Made by a program: the position numbers and the translations under genes. The notes beneath the pieces are model-generated. The model saw only the letters and a list, made by a program, of their open reading frames with translations. It made no database searches and was not told where the DNA came from. Positions 32,214 through 41,828 of a DNA stretch of 64,000 bases are shown here, piece after piece. The DNA comes from an uncultured Parcubacteria group bacterium (lineage in GTDB: Bacteria > Patescibacteriota > Patescibacteriia > UBA9934 > CAMTUG01): positions 276,206 to 340,205 of the forward strand of contig CAMTUG010000001.1 in NCBI GenBank assembly GCA_947084965.1, written 5' to 3'. How positions within the stretch are numbered: the stretch's first letter is position 1; each line of letters opens with the position of its first letter.

Positions 32214-34304
32214 ATGGAGTTTAAAATCCATTCGAAATACAAGCCGGCGGGGGATCAGCCAGTAGCGATTGCGCAATTGGTTGATGGGGTGAATAAAGGT
32301 CTCAACATGCAGACCTTGCTTGGTGTTACCGGTTCGGGGAAGACGTTTACGATGGCGAACGTGATTGAAAAGACGCAAAAACCAACGCTGATCATCGCGC
32401 ACAACAAAACGCTCGCCGCCCAGCTATGCAATGAGTTTCGCGAGTTTTTTCCGGAGAACGTCGTGGAATACTTTGTTTCGTACTACGACTACTACCAGCC
32501 GGAGGCGTACATGCCGCGGACGGACACATATATTGAGAAAGAAGCGATGATCAACGACGAGATCGATCGGCTGCGTCACGCCGCGTCCCAGGCGTTGTTG
32601 ACCCGGCGCGACGTGATCATCGTTGCCTCTGTTTCGTGTATTTACGGTTTGGGCTCGCCAGTAGAGTATGAACGCTCGGTGTTGCATTTAGTGTCCGCGA
32701 AAGAGGAAAGAGGTGAGAGGAAAGAGGAAGGACTCGGACGTGCCGAACTATTGCATCGTCTGATCGATATGCAGTTTGAGCGGACGAATGCAGATTTAAA
32801 GCGCGGAAGTTTCCGTGCTCGTGGGGAGGTGATTGAAATCATGCCGATGCAAGAGGAGGTCGTCTATCGATTGATTTTCGAAGGCGATGTTATTCGCGAG
32901 ATCTTTTTGCTTGATCCTGTGTCGCGAGCAGAAAAGAGCAAAACGCAAGATGTTTGGATCTTTCCTGCCAAGCATTATGTTGTTTCACCAAAACAGAAGT
33001 CCACGGCGTTAGCGCAAATTCGCGCCGAGTTAAAAGCTCAGCTGGAGAAGTTCGATAAAGAAGGCAAGGTGCTGGAAGCCGAACGTCTGTCGCGTCGCAC
33101 TCGTTATGACATCGAAATGATTGAACAGGTCGGCTACTGCAACGGGATCGAAAATTACTCGCGCCATTTTGATGGTCGTGCTCCGGGCGAACCACCGTTT
33201 ACGTTAATGGATTATTTCCCGGATGACTTTTTGACGATCATCGACGAATCACATGTGACGGTGTCACAAGTTGGTGGGATGTTTAACGGCGACCAGGCGC
33301 GCAAAAACATGCTGATCGAGCACGGATTTCGTTTGCCGTCGGCGCGCGATAACCGTCCGCTCAAGTTTGAAGAGTTTGAAGAGCGCTTGGGGCAGACGAT
33401 CTTTACCTCAGCAACACCTGGGGAATACGAAGGAGAGCATTCTGAACAGATCGTTGAGCAGATTATTCGTCCAACAGGGTTGGTTGATCCAGAAGTAGAC
33501 GTGCGACCGGTAACTGGGATCGGCGGGAAAAAGGGGCAGGTGGATGACTTGATCGGTGAAATCGAAGAGCGGGTCAAGCTCGGCGAGCGCACGTTGGTCA
33601 CCACACTCACCAAAAAGATGGCCGAAGATCTGACGACGTTTTTGATTGAGAGGAAGATCAAGGTGCAATATCTGCACTCAGACGTCGACACATTGGAGCG
33701 CATTACCGTTCTGACCGATCTACGCAAAGGGAAGTACGACGTGCTCGTTGGAGTCAACTTGTTGCGCGAAGGGCTCGACTTACCAGAAGTTACGCTGGTG
33801 GCGATTCTTGACGCGGATAAAGAAGGGTTCTTGCGTTCAGACACGTCGATCATTCAGACGATCGGGCGTGCGGCGCGCAACGTCAAAGGGAAAGTTATTC
33901 TGTACGCGGACGTGATGACCGGTTCGATGAAGCGAGCGATCAAAGAAACGGATCGTCGTCGTGTCAAACAATTGGCGTATAACAAGGAACACGGCATTAC
34001 GCCGAAGAGCGTTGAAAAGGGGATCAAAGATATTCGCGCCATGCTCGGGGTCAGCGAGGAGGTTGATATCAAGTCCATTCTCAAACTGGAATTGACTGTA
34101 GAGCCACATGAGATTGACGAGGTGATCAAGCAGAAGGGGATCGAGATGCGATTAGCGGCCCGCGATTTGGACTTTGAACTGGCGGCGCTTCTACGTGATG
34201 AGATCGAGCTCTTAAAAAACGAACAGAAACAAAAAAAACGCACGGGCGCGAAAGATAAGGAGACTGCCACCCCGAAGAAGTTTTCCTCGGGGGGCAGGGA
34301 GTGA
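32214..34304 (+). CDS. uvrB: Excinuclease ABC subunit B
   Basis: '[10 protein letters not shown]', 'DESH' and the C-terminal UVR motif '[13 protein letters not shown]'. Confidence 0.95.
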   Translation: MEFKIHSKYKPAGDQPVAIAQLVDGVNKGLNMQTLLGVTGSGKTFTMANVIEKTQKPTLIIAHNKTLAAQLCNEFREFFPENVVEYFVSYYDYYQPEAYMPRTDTYIEKEAMINDEIDRLRHAASQALLTRRDVIIVASVSCIYGLGSPVEYERSVLHLVSAKEERGERKEEGLGRAELLHRLIDMQFERTNADLKRGSFRARGEVIEIMPMQEEVVYRLIFEGDVIREIFLLDPVSRAEKSKTQDVWIFPAKHYVVSPKQKSTALAQIRAELKAQLEKFDKEGKVLEAERLSRRTRYDIEMIEQVGYCNGIENYSRHFDGRAPGEPPFTLMDYFPDDFLTIIDESHVTVSQVGGMFNGDQARKNMLIEHGFRLPSARDNRPLKFEEFEERLGQTIFTSATPGEYEGEHSEQIVEQIIRPTGLVDPEVDVRPVTGIGGKKGQVDDLIGEIEERVKLGERTLVTTLTKKMAEDLTTFLIERKIKVQYLHSDVDTLERITVLTDLRKGKYDVLVGVNLLREGLDLPEVTLVAILDADKEGFLRSDTSIIQTIGRAARNVKGKVILYADVMTGSMKRAIKETDRRRVKQLAYNKEHGITPKSVEKGIKDIRAMLGVSEEVDIKSILKLELTVEPHEIDEVIKQKGIEMRLAARDLDFELAALLRDEIELLKNEQKQKKRTGAKDKETATPKKFSSGGRE

Positions 34305-34352
34305 TGTAGTGAGTCGATCTTGCACTCAGTCAGACGCCTTCGGGGCCTGGAG

Positions 34353-34517
34353 TCAGTTCCAGATGACGGGCGGTGCCGGGACCTTGCGGCCGCTGCTCTG
34401 CTCGTTCGGACGATTCTTCCTCTTCGGCCACCAGTCGGGAAATCCGCCTGGACACTTGATCGGCTCCGCCGGAAGGTGGGAACTTGCGCCCCCGCCGCCG
34501 ACGTGAACGCTGTTCAC
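34353..34517 (-). CDS. Candidate 54-aa Trp-rich basic peptide in a GC-rich insert (below the ORF-track cut-off)
   Basis: The GTG start is preceded by GAGGAGAG. The product reads 'MNSVHVGGGGASSHLPAEPIKCPGGFPDWWPKRKNRPNEQSSGRKVPAPPVIWN'. This frame has much higher G/C at codon position 3 than the two overlapping track ORFs. Confidence 0.3.
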   Translation of the reverse strand: MNSVHVGGGGASSHLPAEPIKCPGGFPDWWPKRKNRPNEQSSGRKVPAPPVIWN

Positions 34518-34605
34518 GGTACTCTCTCCTCACCCAACGGAAGGGTTGGGCTACACCTAATTACATCAAAAAAATTCATCTTCGAAAAATTGTTTGTGGA
34601 TAAGT

Positions 34606-37128
34606 ATGCACGATAAGATCACCATCAAAGGCGCGCGCGAGCACAACCTAAAAAACATCTCGCTTGAGATGCCACGCAATAAACTTGTGTGCATCACCGG
34701 GCTTTCTGGATCAGGAAAGTCGAGTTTAGCGTTCGATACAATCTTTGCCGAAGGCCAGCGTCGTTACGTGGAGTCGTTGTCGGCCTACGCTCGGCAGTTT
34801 TTGGGACAGATGCAGAAGCCAGATGTCGATGAAATCGAAGGGTTATCCCCGGCGATTTCTATCGATCAAAAGGCGCATTCCGCCAACCCGCGTTCGACCG
34901 TGGCGACGATCACCGAAGTGTACGACTATCTGCGTGTGTTATTTGCGCGCGTCGGTCATCCCCACTGTCCCATCTGCAAGCGCGAGATTCAGAAGCTGAC
35001 CGTGGATGAGATGGTTGATTTGGTTATTGAAGAAAGTGGTAAGCAGAAAGGAGTAAGGACAGACACAAAAGGAAAGGAACTTCTCGTCCTGGCGCCGGTC
35101 GTGCGTGGTCGCAAAGGGAATTACTTTCAGTTGCTCTACGATCTTTATAACTCTGGGTTTGCTCGCGTCCGCATCGATGGCAAGGTTTTTTCTTTGTCCG
35201 AACGTATTGATCTCGCTCGATTTAAACAGCACACGATTGAAGTGATCGTCGACACGATCCCGGTGGTTGATCTTGCCACCAAGGAAGGTCGTCAGCGCTT
35301 GGCCGAAGCGATCGAAACGTCGATCAAGCACGGCGAAGATACGGTGCAAGTCATCTTCCCTGACAAAACTGAGCGCTTACTGTCAGCTAAGTTTTCTTGT
35401 CCGGATGATGGATTCTCGTTCCCGGAAATCGAACCGCGCCTGTTCAGTTTCAACTCACCGTATGGAGCCTGTCCTGATTGCACCGGGCTCGGCACGAAGG
35501 AGCTTTTTTCTGAGGACCTGTGCCCGAGCTGTCTTGGGATGCGTCTGCGTCGCGAATCGATGTTCGTGTGGCTTCCAGGTAATCGCTCGATTGTGGACGT
35601 GACGTTCATGTCGATAGACGAAGCGGTCAAATACTTTGATGAACTGACACTTAGCGAAAAGGAGATGGAGATCGCCACGACGATCTTAAAAGAGATCCGC
35701 AATCGTTTGCAATTCATGCTTTCGGTCGGGTTGCACTATCTGACACTCAATCGTATGGCTGGAACGCTTTCGGGTGGAGAAGCACAGCGTATTCGTTTGG
35801 CTTCACAAGTTGGAACGCGCCTGACAGGAGCGATGTATGTCCTTGATGAACCGACGATCGGCCTGCATCAGCGCGATAACGAACGGTTAATCGAAACGCT
35901 TCTCGAACTGCGCGACTTGGGCAACACCGTGATCGTTGTCGAACATGATGAAGACACGATTCGCGCTTCGGATTACATGATCGAAATCGGTCCGGGTGCT
36001 GGCGTCCACGGTGGGAATGTCATGGCGAGCGGCACCGTGCCGGAGATTTTTAAGGATAAAAAGTCGTTGACGGCGGCCTATTTGCGCGGGGACAAAAAGA
36101 TCCCAGTTCCAGAAAAGCGCCGCGCGCCGGGGCATGATGCGATCAGGATCCAGGGAGCGAAAGAAAATAACTTGAAGAATATCGACGTGGAAATTCCATT
36201 GCGTCGGTTTGTCTGCATCACCGGCGTCTCTGGTTCAGGGAAGTCGTCGTTGACCCGCGATATTTTGTATCGCGAACTGTCGCGTCGTTTGTACAGCTCG
36301 CGCGAAAAGCCTGGGGAGCACAAAGCCGTATTCGGAACGGATTACATCGATAAGTGTATTCTTGTGGACCAGTCAGCGATCGGCCGCACGCCGCGTTCAA
36401 ATCCAGCGACCTACACCGGTGCCTGGGGCCCGATTCGCGATATCTTTGCTGCTACGGCTGAAGCACGCTACCGCGGCTACAAGCCAGGACGGTTTAGTTT
36501 TAACACTCCGGGTGGACGCTGTGAAAACTGCGAAGGTCACGGGCTAATCGCCATTGAAATGCACTTCTTGCCAACGGTCTATGTGACCTGCGAGGTCTGC
36601 AAGGGCAAGCGCTTTGATCGTGAAACACTCGAGATCGAGTTCAAAGAAAAAAATATTCACGATATTTTGGAGATGACGATCGAAGAAGCCGAAGTTTTTT
36701 TCCGCGAGATTCCGTTGGTGCACGACAAACTCAAGACGCTCGTTGAAGTCGGACTCGGTTATCTGAAAGTCGGTCAAGGGGCGCCAACGCTTTCCGGTGG
36801 GGAAGCACAGCGTGTTAAACTCGCGGCGGAATTATCAAAGCGCCAAACGGGGCGGACGTTATATTTGCTCGATGAGCCGACGACCGGTCTGCACTTCGAG
36901 GACGTTAAGAATCTTCTGGAGGTGTTGCACAAGTTAGTCGATAAAGGAAATTCCGTCTTGGTGATCGAACACAACTTGGACGTGATCAAAACCGCGGACT
37001 GGATTATCGACCTCGGCCCCGAGGGGGGCGATCGCGGGGGCGAATTGGTTGCCTTCGGCACACCAGAAGATATTGTGCGATCTGCGCGATCGCACACGGG
37101 ACGCTATTTGAAGAAGTATCTAGCTTAG
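34606..37128 (+). CDS. uvrA: Excinuclease ABC subunit A
   Basis: Two ABC modules ('GLSGSGKSS', 'GVSGSGKSS', 'LSGGEAQR' twice) and zinc-finger Cys clusters. ATG 34606. Confidence 0.95.
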   Translation: MHDKITIKGAREHNLKNISLEMPRNKLVCITGLSGSGKSSLAFDTIFAEGQRRYVESLSAYARQFLGQMQKPDVDEIEGLSPAISIDQKAHSANPRSTVATITEVYDYLRVLFARVGHPHCPICKREIQKLTVDEMVDLVIEESGKQKGVRTDTKGKELLVLAPVVRGRKGNYFQLLYDLYNSGFARVRIDGKVFSLSERIDLARFKQHTIEVIVDTIPVVDLATKEGRQRLAEAIETSIKHGEDTVQVIFPDKTERLLSAKFSCPDDGFSFPEIEPRLFSFNSPYGACPDCTGLGTKELFSEDLCPSCLGMRLRRESMFVWLPGNRSIVDVTFMSIDEAVKYFDELTLSEKEMEIATTILKEIRNRLQFMLSVGLHYLTLNRMAGTLSGGEAQRIRLASQVGTRLTGAMYVLDEPTIGLHQRDNERLIETLLELRDLGNTVIVVEHDEDTIRASDYMIEIGPGAGVHGGNVMASGTVPEIFKDKKSLTAAYLRGDKKIPVPEKRRAPGHDAIRIQGAKENNLKNIDVEIPLRRFVCITGVSGSGKSSLTRDILYRELSRRLYSSREKPGEHKAVFGTDYIDKCILVDQSAIGRTPRSNPATYTGAWGPIRDIFAATAEARYRGYKPGRFSFNTPGGRCENCEGHGLIAIEMHFLPTVYVTCEVCKGKRFDRETLEIEFKEKNIHDILEMTIEEAEVFFREIPLVHDKLKTLVEVGLGYLKVGQGAPTLSGGEAQRVKLAAELSKRQTGRTLYLLDEPTTGLHFEDVKNLLEVLHKLVDKGNSVLVIEHNLDVIKTADWIIDLGPEGGDRGGELVAFGTPEDIVRSARSHTGRYLKKYLA

Positions 37129-37340
37129 CAACGTCGGCGGCGGAGGTGCGAGCTGACGAGTTCTCTTTTCGCGCGCAGTCGTGTCCTTTCTTAGAGACGA
37201 GCACGAAAAGAGTGTCAGCGAGACCGAGTACGACGACGTTTGGTCGCCCTCTCCACGCGCTTCGCAGAATCCCGCCGCGACATAGATTCTTGGCCATTAA
37301 TGTCGCGGACGTGATCCTGCTTCGCGGTGGATCGGGCGAC

Positions 37341-37736
37341 TTAGCTCGTTTTTGCTTTGTGCTTGAGCATTGTTTTGTGTCTTTCCGGCAGCGATTGCCA
37401 GAACAGAGCGATCGTTCCGGTGGCGAGTCCGATGTCGCGGACAGTAATTTCGTTGATACCAGAAACAATCAGAATGCCGACGAGATGCACGGTGGCGAGA
37501 AGGGCGACGACCCACGGCAACAGGTTGATGAGCATCATGAATCCGAGGATGATATCAAAAACCGCTGTGCCGAGAATCGTTTGCACCGGATCGATTGGGA
37601 TCAGTTCACGCACCCAAGGATTGATGAACGCGGCCCAAGTTTGTGGATCGCGGAAGATCAACACCCCGATCCAGATAAAGGTGATCCCCATCCCGACCCG
37701 CAAGATGTGATACGACGCGTTTGGTTTACCGTCCAT
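37341..37736 (-). CDS. DoxX-like small membrane protein
   Basis: 131 aa with 4 hydrophobic helices. 'LRVGMGITFIWIGVLIF'. Confidence 0.6.
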   Translation of the reverse strand: MDGKPNASYHILRVGMGITFIWIGVLIFRDPQTWAAFINPWVRELIPIDPVQTILGTAVFDIILGFMMLINLLPWVVALLATVHLVGILIVSGINEITVRDIGLATGTIALFWQSLPERHKTMLKHKAKTS

Positions 37737-37742
37737 AATATG

Positions 37743-38177
37743 TTAGATGCGTGAAGTTAGAGCGGCGACGTCAAAGCCGCTGATGATAATGATCAGAGCC
37801 ATCAGACCGACGGTGAGCGAAGACATCAAGCACCAAAAGCACCAGTGTTTGACAATCTTCCATTGGATAAAGATGAGGACGAGCGACATGATCGCCGAGC
37901 CACCGACCATGAGTATCAGAAGTTTATTCCACAGATCTGTTGGTCCAACTTGGACGACGAACAGGCCGGAGATGATGCAGACGGCGACATAAAACCCAAA
38001 TCCGAGGATGTCGTTATGCACCCCGAACATACGGTTATACTTGCTTTCCAGGACCGCACGGCATCCGCCGCCGATCGGGCAGACCGGTTTCTCAGATGCG
38101 TAGCGTTTCTCGATAAGGTATGCTGTTTCTGCGATCCCGAACGCGGCCAGGGTGAAAAGAAGGGCGAGTGATGTCAT
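37743..38177 (-). CDS. Vitamin K epoxide reductase (VKOR) family membrane protein
   Basis: 144 aa with 4 TM helices. Loop cysteines 'CPIGGGC' and the active-site 'CFWC'. Confidence 0.7.
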   Translation of the reverse strand: MTSLALLFTLAAFGIAETAYLIEKRYASEKPVCPIGGGCRAVLESKYNRMFGVHNDILGFGFYVAVCIISGLFVVQVGPTDLWNKLLILMVGGSAIMSLVLIFIQWKIVKHWCFWCLMSSLTVGLMALIIIISGFDVAALTSRI

Positions 38178-38197
38178 AATGGGCTTATTGTAACACT

Positions 38198-38635
38198 ATG
38201 GAAGATGTACGAAAACTCGTGACCGAAGTTCTTGATGCTGGCTATTTGATGAGTTTAGCAACGATCGATGCATCCGGAGCGTGGGCGAGTGTCGTCGTTT
38301 TTATCCACGATGCGGATTTTAATTTGTACTGGTTGTCTCTCCCAACGCGCCGTCATTCCGTTGCTGTTGAGAACGATCCCCGTGCCGCGGCGACGATCAC
38401 GTTGGCTCAAAAACATGGCGACGAAAAAATCGGTTTGCAAGTTTCTGGTCGTGCGGAGCGACTCAGTTCTGCTCCAGCGGAGATCGTGGAAGCATATGGG
38501 CGTCGCATGCAAAAGACCTCGATCGACGGACAAGTTTTCGCGCCGGGTCAAGCTTGGTACGTCCTTCGCCCAACAAAGATCGACCTTATCCATCAACCGC
38601 TCTTCGGGTACGAAAAAAAGTTTCTTGAGCTGTGA
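38198..38635 (+). CDS. Pyridoxamine 5'-phosphate oxidase-like (split-barrel flavin-binding) protein
   Basis: 145 aa. 'MSLATIDASGAWASVVVF' and the overall PNPOx-like pattern. Tentative. Confidence 0.55.
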   Translation: MEDVRKLVTEVLDAGYLMSLATIDASGAWASVVVFIHDADFNLYWLSLPTRRHSVAVENDPRAAATITLAQKHGDEKIGLQVSGRAERLSSAPAEIVEAYGRRMQKTSIDGQVFAPGQAWYVLRPTKIDLIHQPLFGYEKKFLEL

Positions 38636-39627
38636 TTGAATTTGTTTCACAACGCGCTGTGAGTGATTGGCTCCAAGACCATGTTGCGAAGTCAAAGGTT
38701 GTGTTGAAGCCTCTAACCGGCGGATTGTTAAATCAAAACTTGTTGGCGGACGTCGGTGATTCTCGTGTGGTGGTAAAAGTTTACGACGTCATGATGGACA
38801 CAGTAAAGGTGAAAGAGCTTCATCGAATGCTTGCCCACGCAGTGAAGGACGGTATTCCCGTCGCTCAACCAATTTTGGAAGGAAAGATTGATCGTCATGT
38901 TGTGGCCGTCTATCCGTTTATCAATGGAAAGCACCCGCCGCGTTATCGAAATACGCAATCAAGGATTCGAACGATGGGTGCGATGCTTGGAAAGATCGAT
39001 ACTTCACTCGAGTCGTTTCACTCTAAGGTGGAGCAGACAGATCGAGCGAAGCTTTTGCTGAGAATTAATCCTGAACGTTTTTTGTCGGAGATCAAAGACG
39101 TGCGAGCTTCACTGCGGGGCAAGCCGTCGTCATTGCAACGCATCGTGCGAGAAAATCTTGATCGACTTCAGAGAATCGCGGAAACGCATGACTGGCTGGA
39201 GCAGGGGATGGATAAGCTCCCGTTGCGGATGTGTCACGGTGATTATCACATCAAAAATGTGTTGATGCGCGGCGAGGAGATTACGGCGGTCCTCGATTGG
39301 GATAAAGCCGGGAAGGACTGGCGTGGCTTCGAGATCATGCGTTCGGTGATGTTTAATTGTCGACGTGACGACTCACATTTAAGCTGGCCGTTGGTCGAAA
39401 CGTATCTCAAGAGCTACAAGCGTCACGCACCTGCGCTCAGTGAGCTCGAGAAAGTTCTGGTTTTTGAATGTGGATTTCGCCGCGCGTTGTTTTCTTTGTG
39501 GTCGGTCAAGCAATACATTGCCGGAGAACAGAGCGTAGTCAGTAACTTTATCCGTCGCGTGCATTTGTTTCAGTCACTGGCAGAACATCGTGCTGAATAC
39601 GCCGAACGCATCGCGAAGTTGCTTTGA
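38632..39627 (+). CDS. Aminoglycoside/choline-kinase-family phosphotransferase
   Basis: 'MCHGDYHIKNVL' and 'VLDWDKAG' form the Brenner-type catalytic loop and DxD. GTGA overlap with the upstream gene. Confidence 0.7.
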   Translation: MIEFVSQRAVSDWLQDHVAKSKVVLKPLTGGLLNQNLLADVGDSRVVVKVYDVMMDTVKVKELHRMLAHAVKDGIPVAQPILEGKIDRHVVAVYPFINGKHPPRYRNTQSRIRTMGAMLGKIDTSLESFHSKVEQTDRAKLLLRINPERFLSEIKDVRASLRGKPSSLQRIVRENLDRLQRIAETHDWLEQGMDKLPLRMCHGDYHIKNVLMRGEEITAVLDWDKAGKDWRGFEIMRSVMFNCRRDDSHLSWPLVETYLKSYKRHAPALSELEKVLVFECGFRRALFSLWSVKQYIAGEQSVVSNFIRRVHLFQSLAEHRAEYAERIAKLL

Positions 39628-39644
39628 TTGTGCACAATTTACAA

Positions 39645-39674
39645 TTGACAAATGGAGTTTTTTCTGGTTAAATA
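39645..39674 (+). promoter_or_regulatory. Promoter of the non-coding unit
   Basis: TTGACA (39645-39650), a 17-nt spacer, then TTAAAT/TAAATA. The 10-bp palindrome 'ttgtgcacaa' lies just upstream. Confidence 0.45.
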
Positions 39675-39679
39675 GAGTG

Positions 39680-39944
39680 ACAATAAGGTAGTAGGGTGCA
39701 AAGGAAGACCCTCGAAATCATTTGATGATCTCGGGGGATTTTGTTTGTCGAGACTTGGGATCCGTGGGCCCTGATACGGTTATCCTGCTGAACCTCATCA
39801 ATTCGGCACGAGGGGTTCGACTCCCCTAGGGTCCACGGCTTCAGGTCTTGACCAAATGTCACTTTTTCTAGTAGGTTTAAATCGATGAGGTTCAGCTGAT
39901 GATACCTATCAGAAACAAAACAGAGCGCAATGGCGCTCTGTTTT
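39680..39944 (+). ncRNA. Candidate structured ncRNA of about 265 nt, class unknown, bounded by a promoter and a terminator
   Basis: There is no credible ORF. Visible structure includes the hairpin 'ccctcgaaatcat..atgatctcgggg', a tRNA-like domain, the 13-bp long-range helix 39787-39799/39884-39896, and the terminator 'cagagcgc-aatg-gcgctctg-tttt' at 39921-39944. Confidence 0.5.
39766..39835 (+). ncRNA. tRNA-like domain (acceptor stem with G3:U70, T arm, no anticodon arm)
   Basis: 5' 'gggccct' pairs with 3' 'agggtcc', with a G:T wobble at the third pair. The T arm is 'agggg-ttcgact-cccct', with the same T loop as tRNA-Thr in this window. The discriminator is A. The D and anticodon arms cannot be folded. 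Confidence 0.5.
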
Positions 39945-39968
39945 GCAACTCCGTGATAAAATAGTTTC

Positions 39969-41294
39969 ATGATTCCCAAATTCATCACCACCAAAAACGC
40001 TGAGCTTCCGGATAATCCGGGGGTGTATTTTTACTATGATACGAAAGGGAAGTTGCTGTACATCGGCAAGGCGACGAGTTTGAAAAAACGCGTGGGATCA
40101 TATTTCACCAAAGCGCATGATAATCGCATCGCCGATTTGGTAACGAAGATTGCGCGGATTGATTACATCGAAACACCGACCGTTATCGAAGCGCTAGTGC
40201 TTGAAGCGAATCAGATCAAAGCGCATACGCCGCCGTACAATGTTTTGCAGCGCGATGACAAAAGTTTTCTGTATGTGGCGATCACCAATGAAGACTTTCC
40301 CAAGCCGACGTTGCTTCGCGGGTTGGAGTTGCAGCGCATGGGAGTTGATCCGTTTGCGCCGACGCTCTCGCTCAAAGCCAAGCGCAAGTTCAAGGCGATT
40401 TATGGTCCGTACACCAGCGGGCATTCGTTGAAGATCGCTCTCGATCTGATTCGTAAGAGCATTCCTTGGACAACCTGTGAACCGCCAGAAGTGACGGGAG
40501 TAGCCAAAGCCTGTTTTTATCGCCACCTTGGCCAGTGTCCAGGAGTTTGTACAGGAGAGATCACCAAGCGTGATTATGCGAAGATTATTCGCAGTCTGAT
40601 GCTGTTTTTTGAGGGCAAAAAGGAACAGATCATACGCCAGATGCGTCGGGAGATGAAGTCTGCGGCGAATGATTTAGATTTTGAACGCGCCGCGGAATTG
40701 AAGCGTAAGACTTTCGCGTTAACGCATATTCAAGACGTGGCGTTGGTGAGTCACGAAGAGCCGTTGCCGTACAATCGCGAGTCGAAGCCGTACATTGATA
40801 TTCTCGGGCGCATCGAAGCGTACGACATCAGTAATATTTCTGGCACCTCCGCAGTTGGATCGATGGTTGTGTTTGATGACGGGAAGCCAGCCAAACAGCA
40901 CTATCGCAAGTTTAAAATCAAAACCGTGGTTGGCGCGAACGACGTGGCGTGTTTAGAGGAGGTGATGCGTCGTCGTTTGGCGCGTGCGGAGCTGCAGCCA
41001 AAAGCTTGGCCGTTGCCAGAGCTGATGGTGATTGATGGCGGCAAGCCGCAAGTCAATCGGGTGCAAGAAGTGCTCGATGAGTTGCAGGTTGCACTGCCGA
41101 TTGTTGGGCTGGCCAAAGGATTTGATCGCAAGCAGGACGTGTTGATTTTTGATCCTGCCAATCGCGAGTTAAAGCGTGTCGTCGAAACGAACAAAGAGAT
41201 CCTCCAGCGCGCCCGCGACGAAGCGCATCGCTTTGCTATCAGCTACCATCGTAAACTACGAGGAAAACGCTCATTATTGGGCCCTCATACTTGA
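39969..41294 (+). CDS. uvrC: Excinuclease ABC subunit C, short form ending where the (HhH)2 domain normally begins
   Basis: GIY-YIG 'GVYFYYDTKGKLLYIGKA', UVR 'DLDFERAAELKRK' and endonuclease region 'RDEAHRFAISYHRKLRGKR'. 441 aa. Confidence 0.9.
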   Translation: MIPKFITTKNAELPDNPGVYFYYDTKGKLLYIGKATSLKKRVGSYFTKAHDNRIADLVTKIARIDYIETPTVIEALVLEANQIKAHTPPYNVLQRDDKSFLYVAITNEDFPKPTLLRGLELQRMGVDPFAPTLSLKAKRKFKAIYGPYTSGHSLKIALDLIRKSIPWTTCEPPEVTGVAKACFYRHLGQCPGVCTGEITKRDYAKIIRSLMLFFEGKKEQIIRQMRREMKSAANDLDFERAAELKRKTFALTHIQDVALVSHEEPLPYNRESKPYIDILGRIEAYDISNISGTSAVGSMVVFDDGKPAKQHYRKFKIKTVVGANDVACLEEVMRRRLARAELQPKAWPLPELMVIDGGKPQVNRVQEVLDELQVALPIVGLAKGFDRKQDVLIFDPANRELKRVVETNKEILQRARDEAHRFAISYHRKLRGKRSLLGPHT

Positions 41295-41319
41295 CAGGGA
41301 TCGATTTTTGCTTTATCTT
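41291..41319 (+). promoter_or_regulatory. Promoter of the orphan ORF; the -35 box overlaps the uvrC stop codon
   Basis: TTGACA (41291-41296), a 17-nt spacer, then TATCTT (41314-41319). AAGGAG at 41333-41338. Confidence 0.45.
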
Positions 41320-41343
41320 TACCCTCCACCCCAAGGAGTCTCA

Positions 41344-41688
41344 ATGTCCGAGTCCGTCACCGCCTTCCGTCCCGATCCGGCCAAGATCTACGAGATCACG
41401 CTCCTCGAGGGCGACGTGGATCAGATCTGGAACCTCGCCCACGAAGGGGGTCGTTCGATCCTGCTTCTCGTGCGAGACCAGGCCGATCCCGCCGCGCCCG
41501 AGCAGGGGCTCTCCCTCATCCTCTACTCCGTCGCCTGGGAGGGCGGCGACAAGGAAAACCACCCGAACGAGGTCGTCGTCCGCGGCCGCATCCACGGCCG
41601 TACCGCGGACGAGCCGAACCCGGTGATCGGGTTTTGCTGGGACGACAAGTCCCGGACCGGTCTCCTCAACGTGGTCCTCCCGGTCTAG
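41344..41688 (+). CDS. Orphan soluble protein (GC3-rich)
   Basis: 114 aa starting 'MSESVTAFRPDPAKIYEITLLEG'. 27/30 G/C at codon position 3. AAGGAG lies 5 nt before the ATG. The longer track ORF from 41176 is out of context because it overlaps uvrC. Confidence 0.65.
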   Translation: MSESVTAFRPDPAKIYEITLLEGDVDQIWNLAHEGGRSILLLVRDQADPAAPEQGLSLILYSVAWEGGDKENHPNEVVVRGRIHGRTADEPNPVIGFCWDDKSRTGLLNVVLPV

Positions 41689-41743
41689 ACGTCCGGGCCT
41701 CGCCCTGCACGTCCGACCGGCTGCGATTCTCGCACCCGCCCCG

Positions 41744-41790
41744 GCATGAGCCCCTCGCTCACACTGCCGCGGTGGGTGCTCATGCTTTTA
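41744..41790 (+). terminator. Terminator of the orphan cassette
   Basis: 'gcatgagc...gctcatgc' followed by 'ttttatcgtcttttttt'. Confidence 0.65.
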
Positions 41791-41828
41791 TCGTCTTTTT
41801 TTGAATGCCGTGTTACATTGTCCCTACT

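Noticed and set aside
34309-34616. Track ORFs in the uvrB-uvrA insert (34309-34506 plus, 34320-34616 plus, 34330-34533 minus).
   Set aside because: They show lower third-position G/C than the 34517-34353 frame. One of them (34320-34616) runs into the uvrA start. I kept only the SD-led 54-codon frame, and only at low confidence.
37215-37283. A 22-aa basic minus-strand sORF ('MSRRDSAKRVERATKRRRTRSR') in the uvrA/DoxX spacer, considered as a tiny ribosomal-protein-like gene.
   Set aside because: It has no SD or promoter, no convincing similarity to known small ribosomal proteins, and only moderate third-position bias.
39628-39994. A 108-aa minus ORF (39668-39994), and the possibility that the region encodes SRP RNA, RNase P RNA or 6S RNA.
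   Set aside because: The ORF overlaps the uvrC start and has no SD or motifs. I could not find the conserved SRP helix-8 ('GGAAGCAGCC'-type) or RNase P ('GAGGAAAGTCC') signatures, nor a 6S-like long hairpin with a central bubble.
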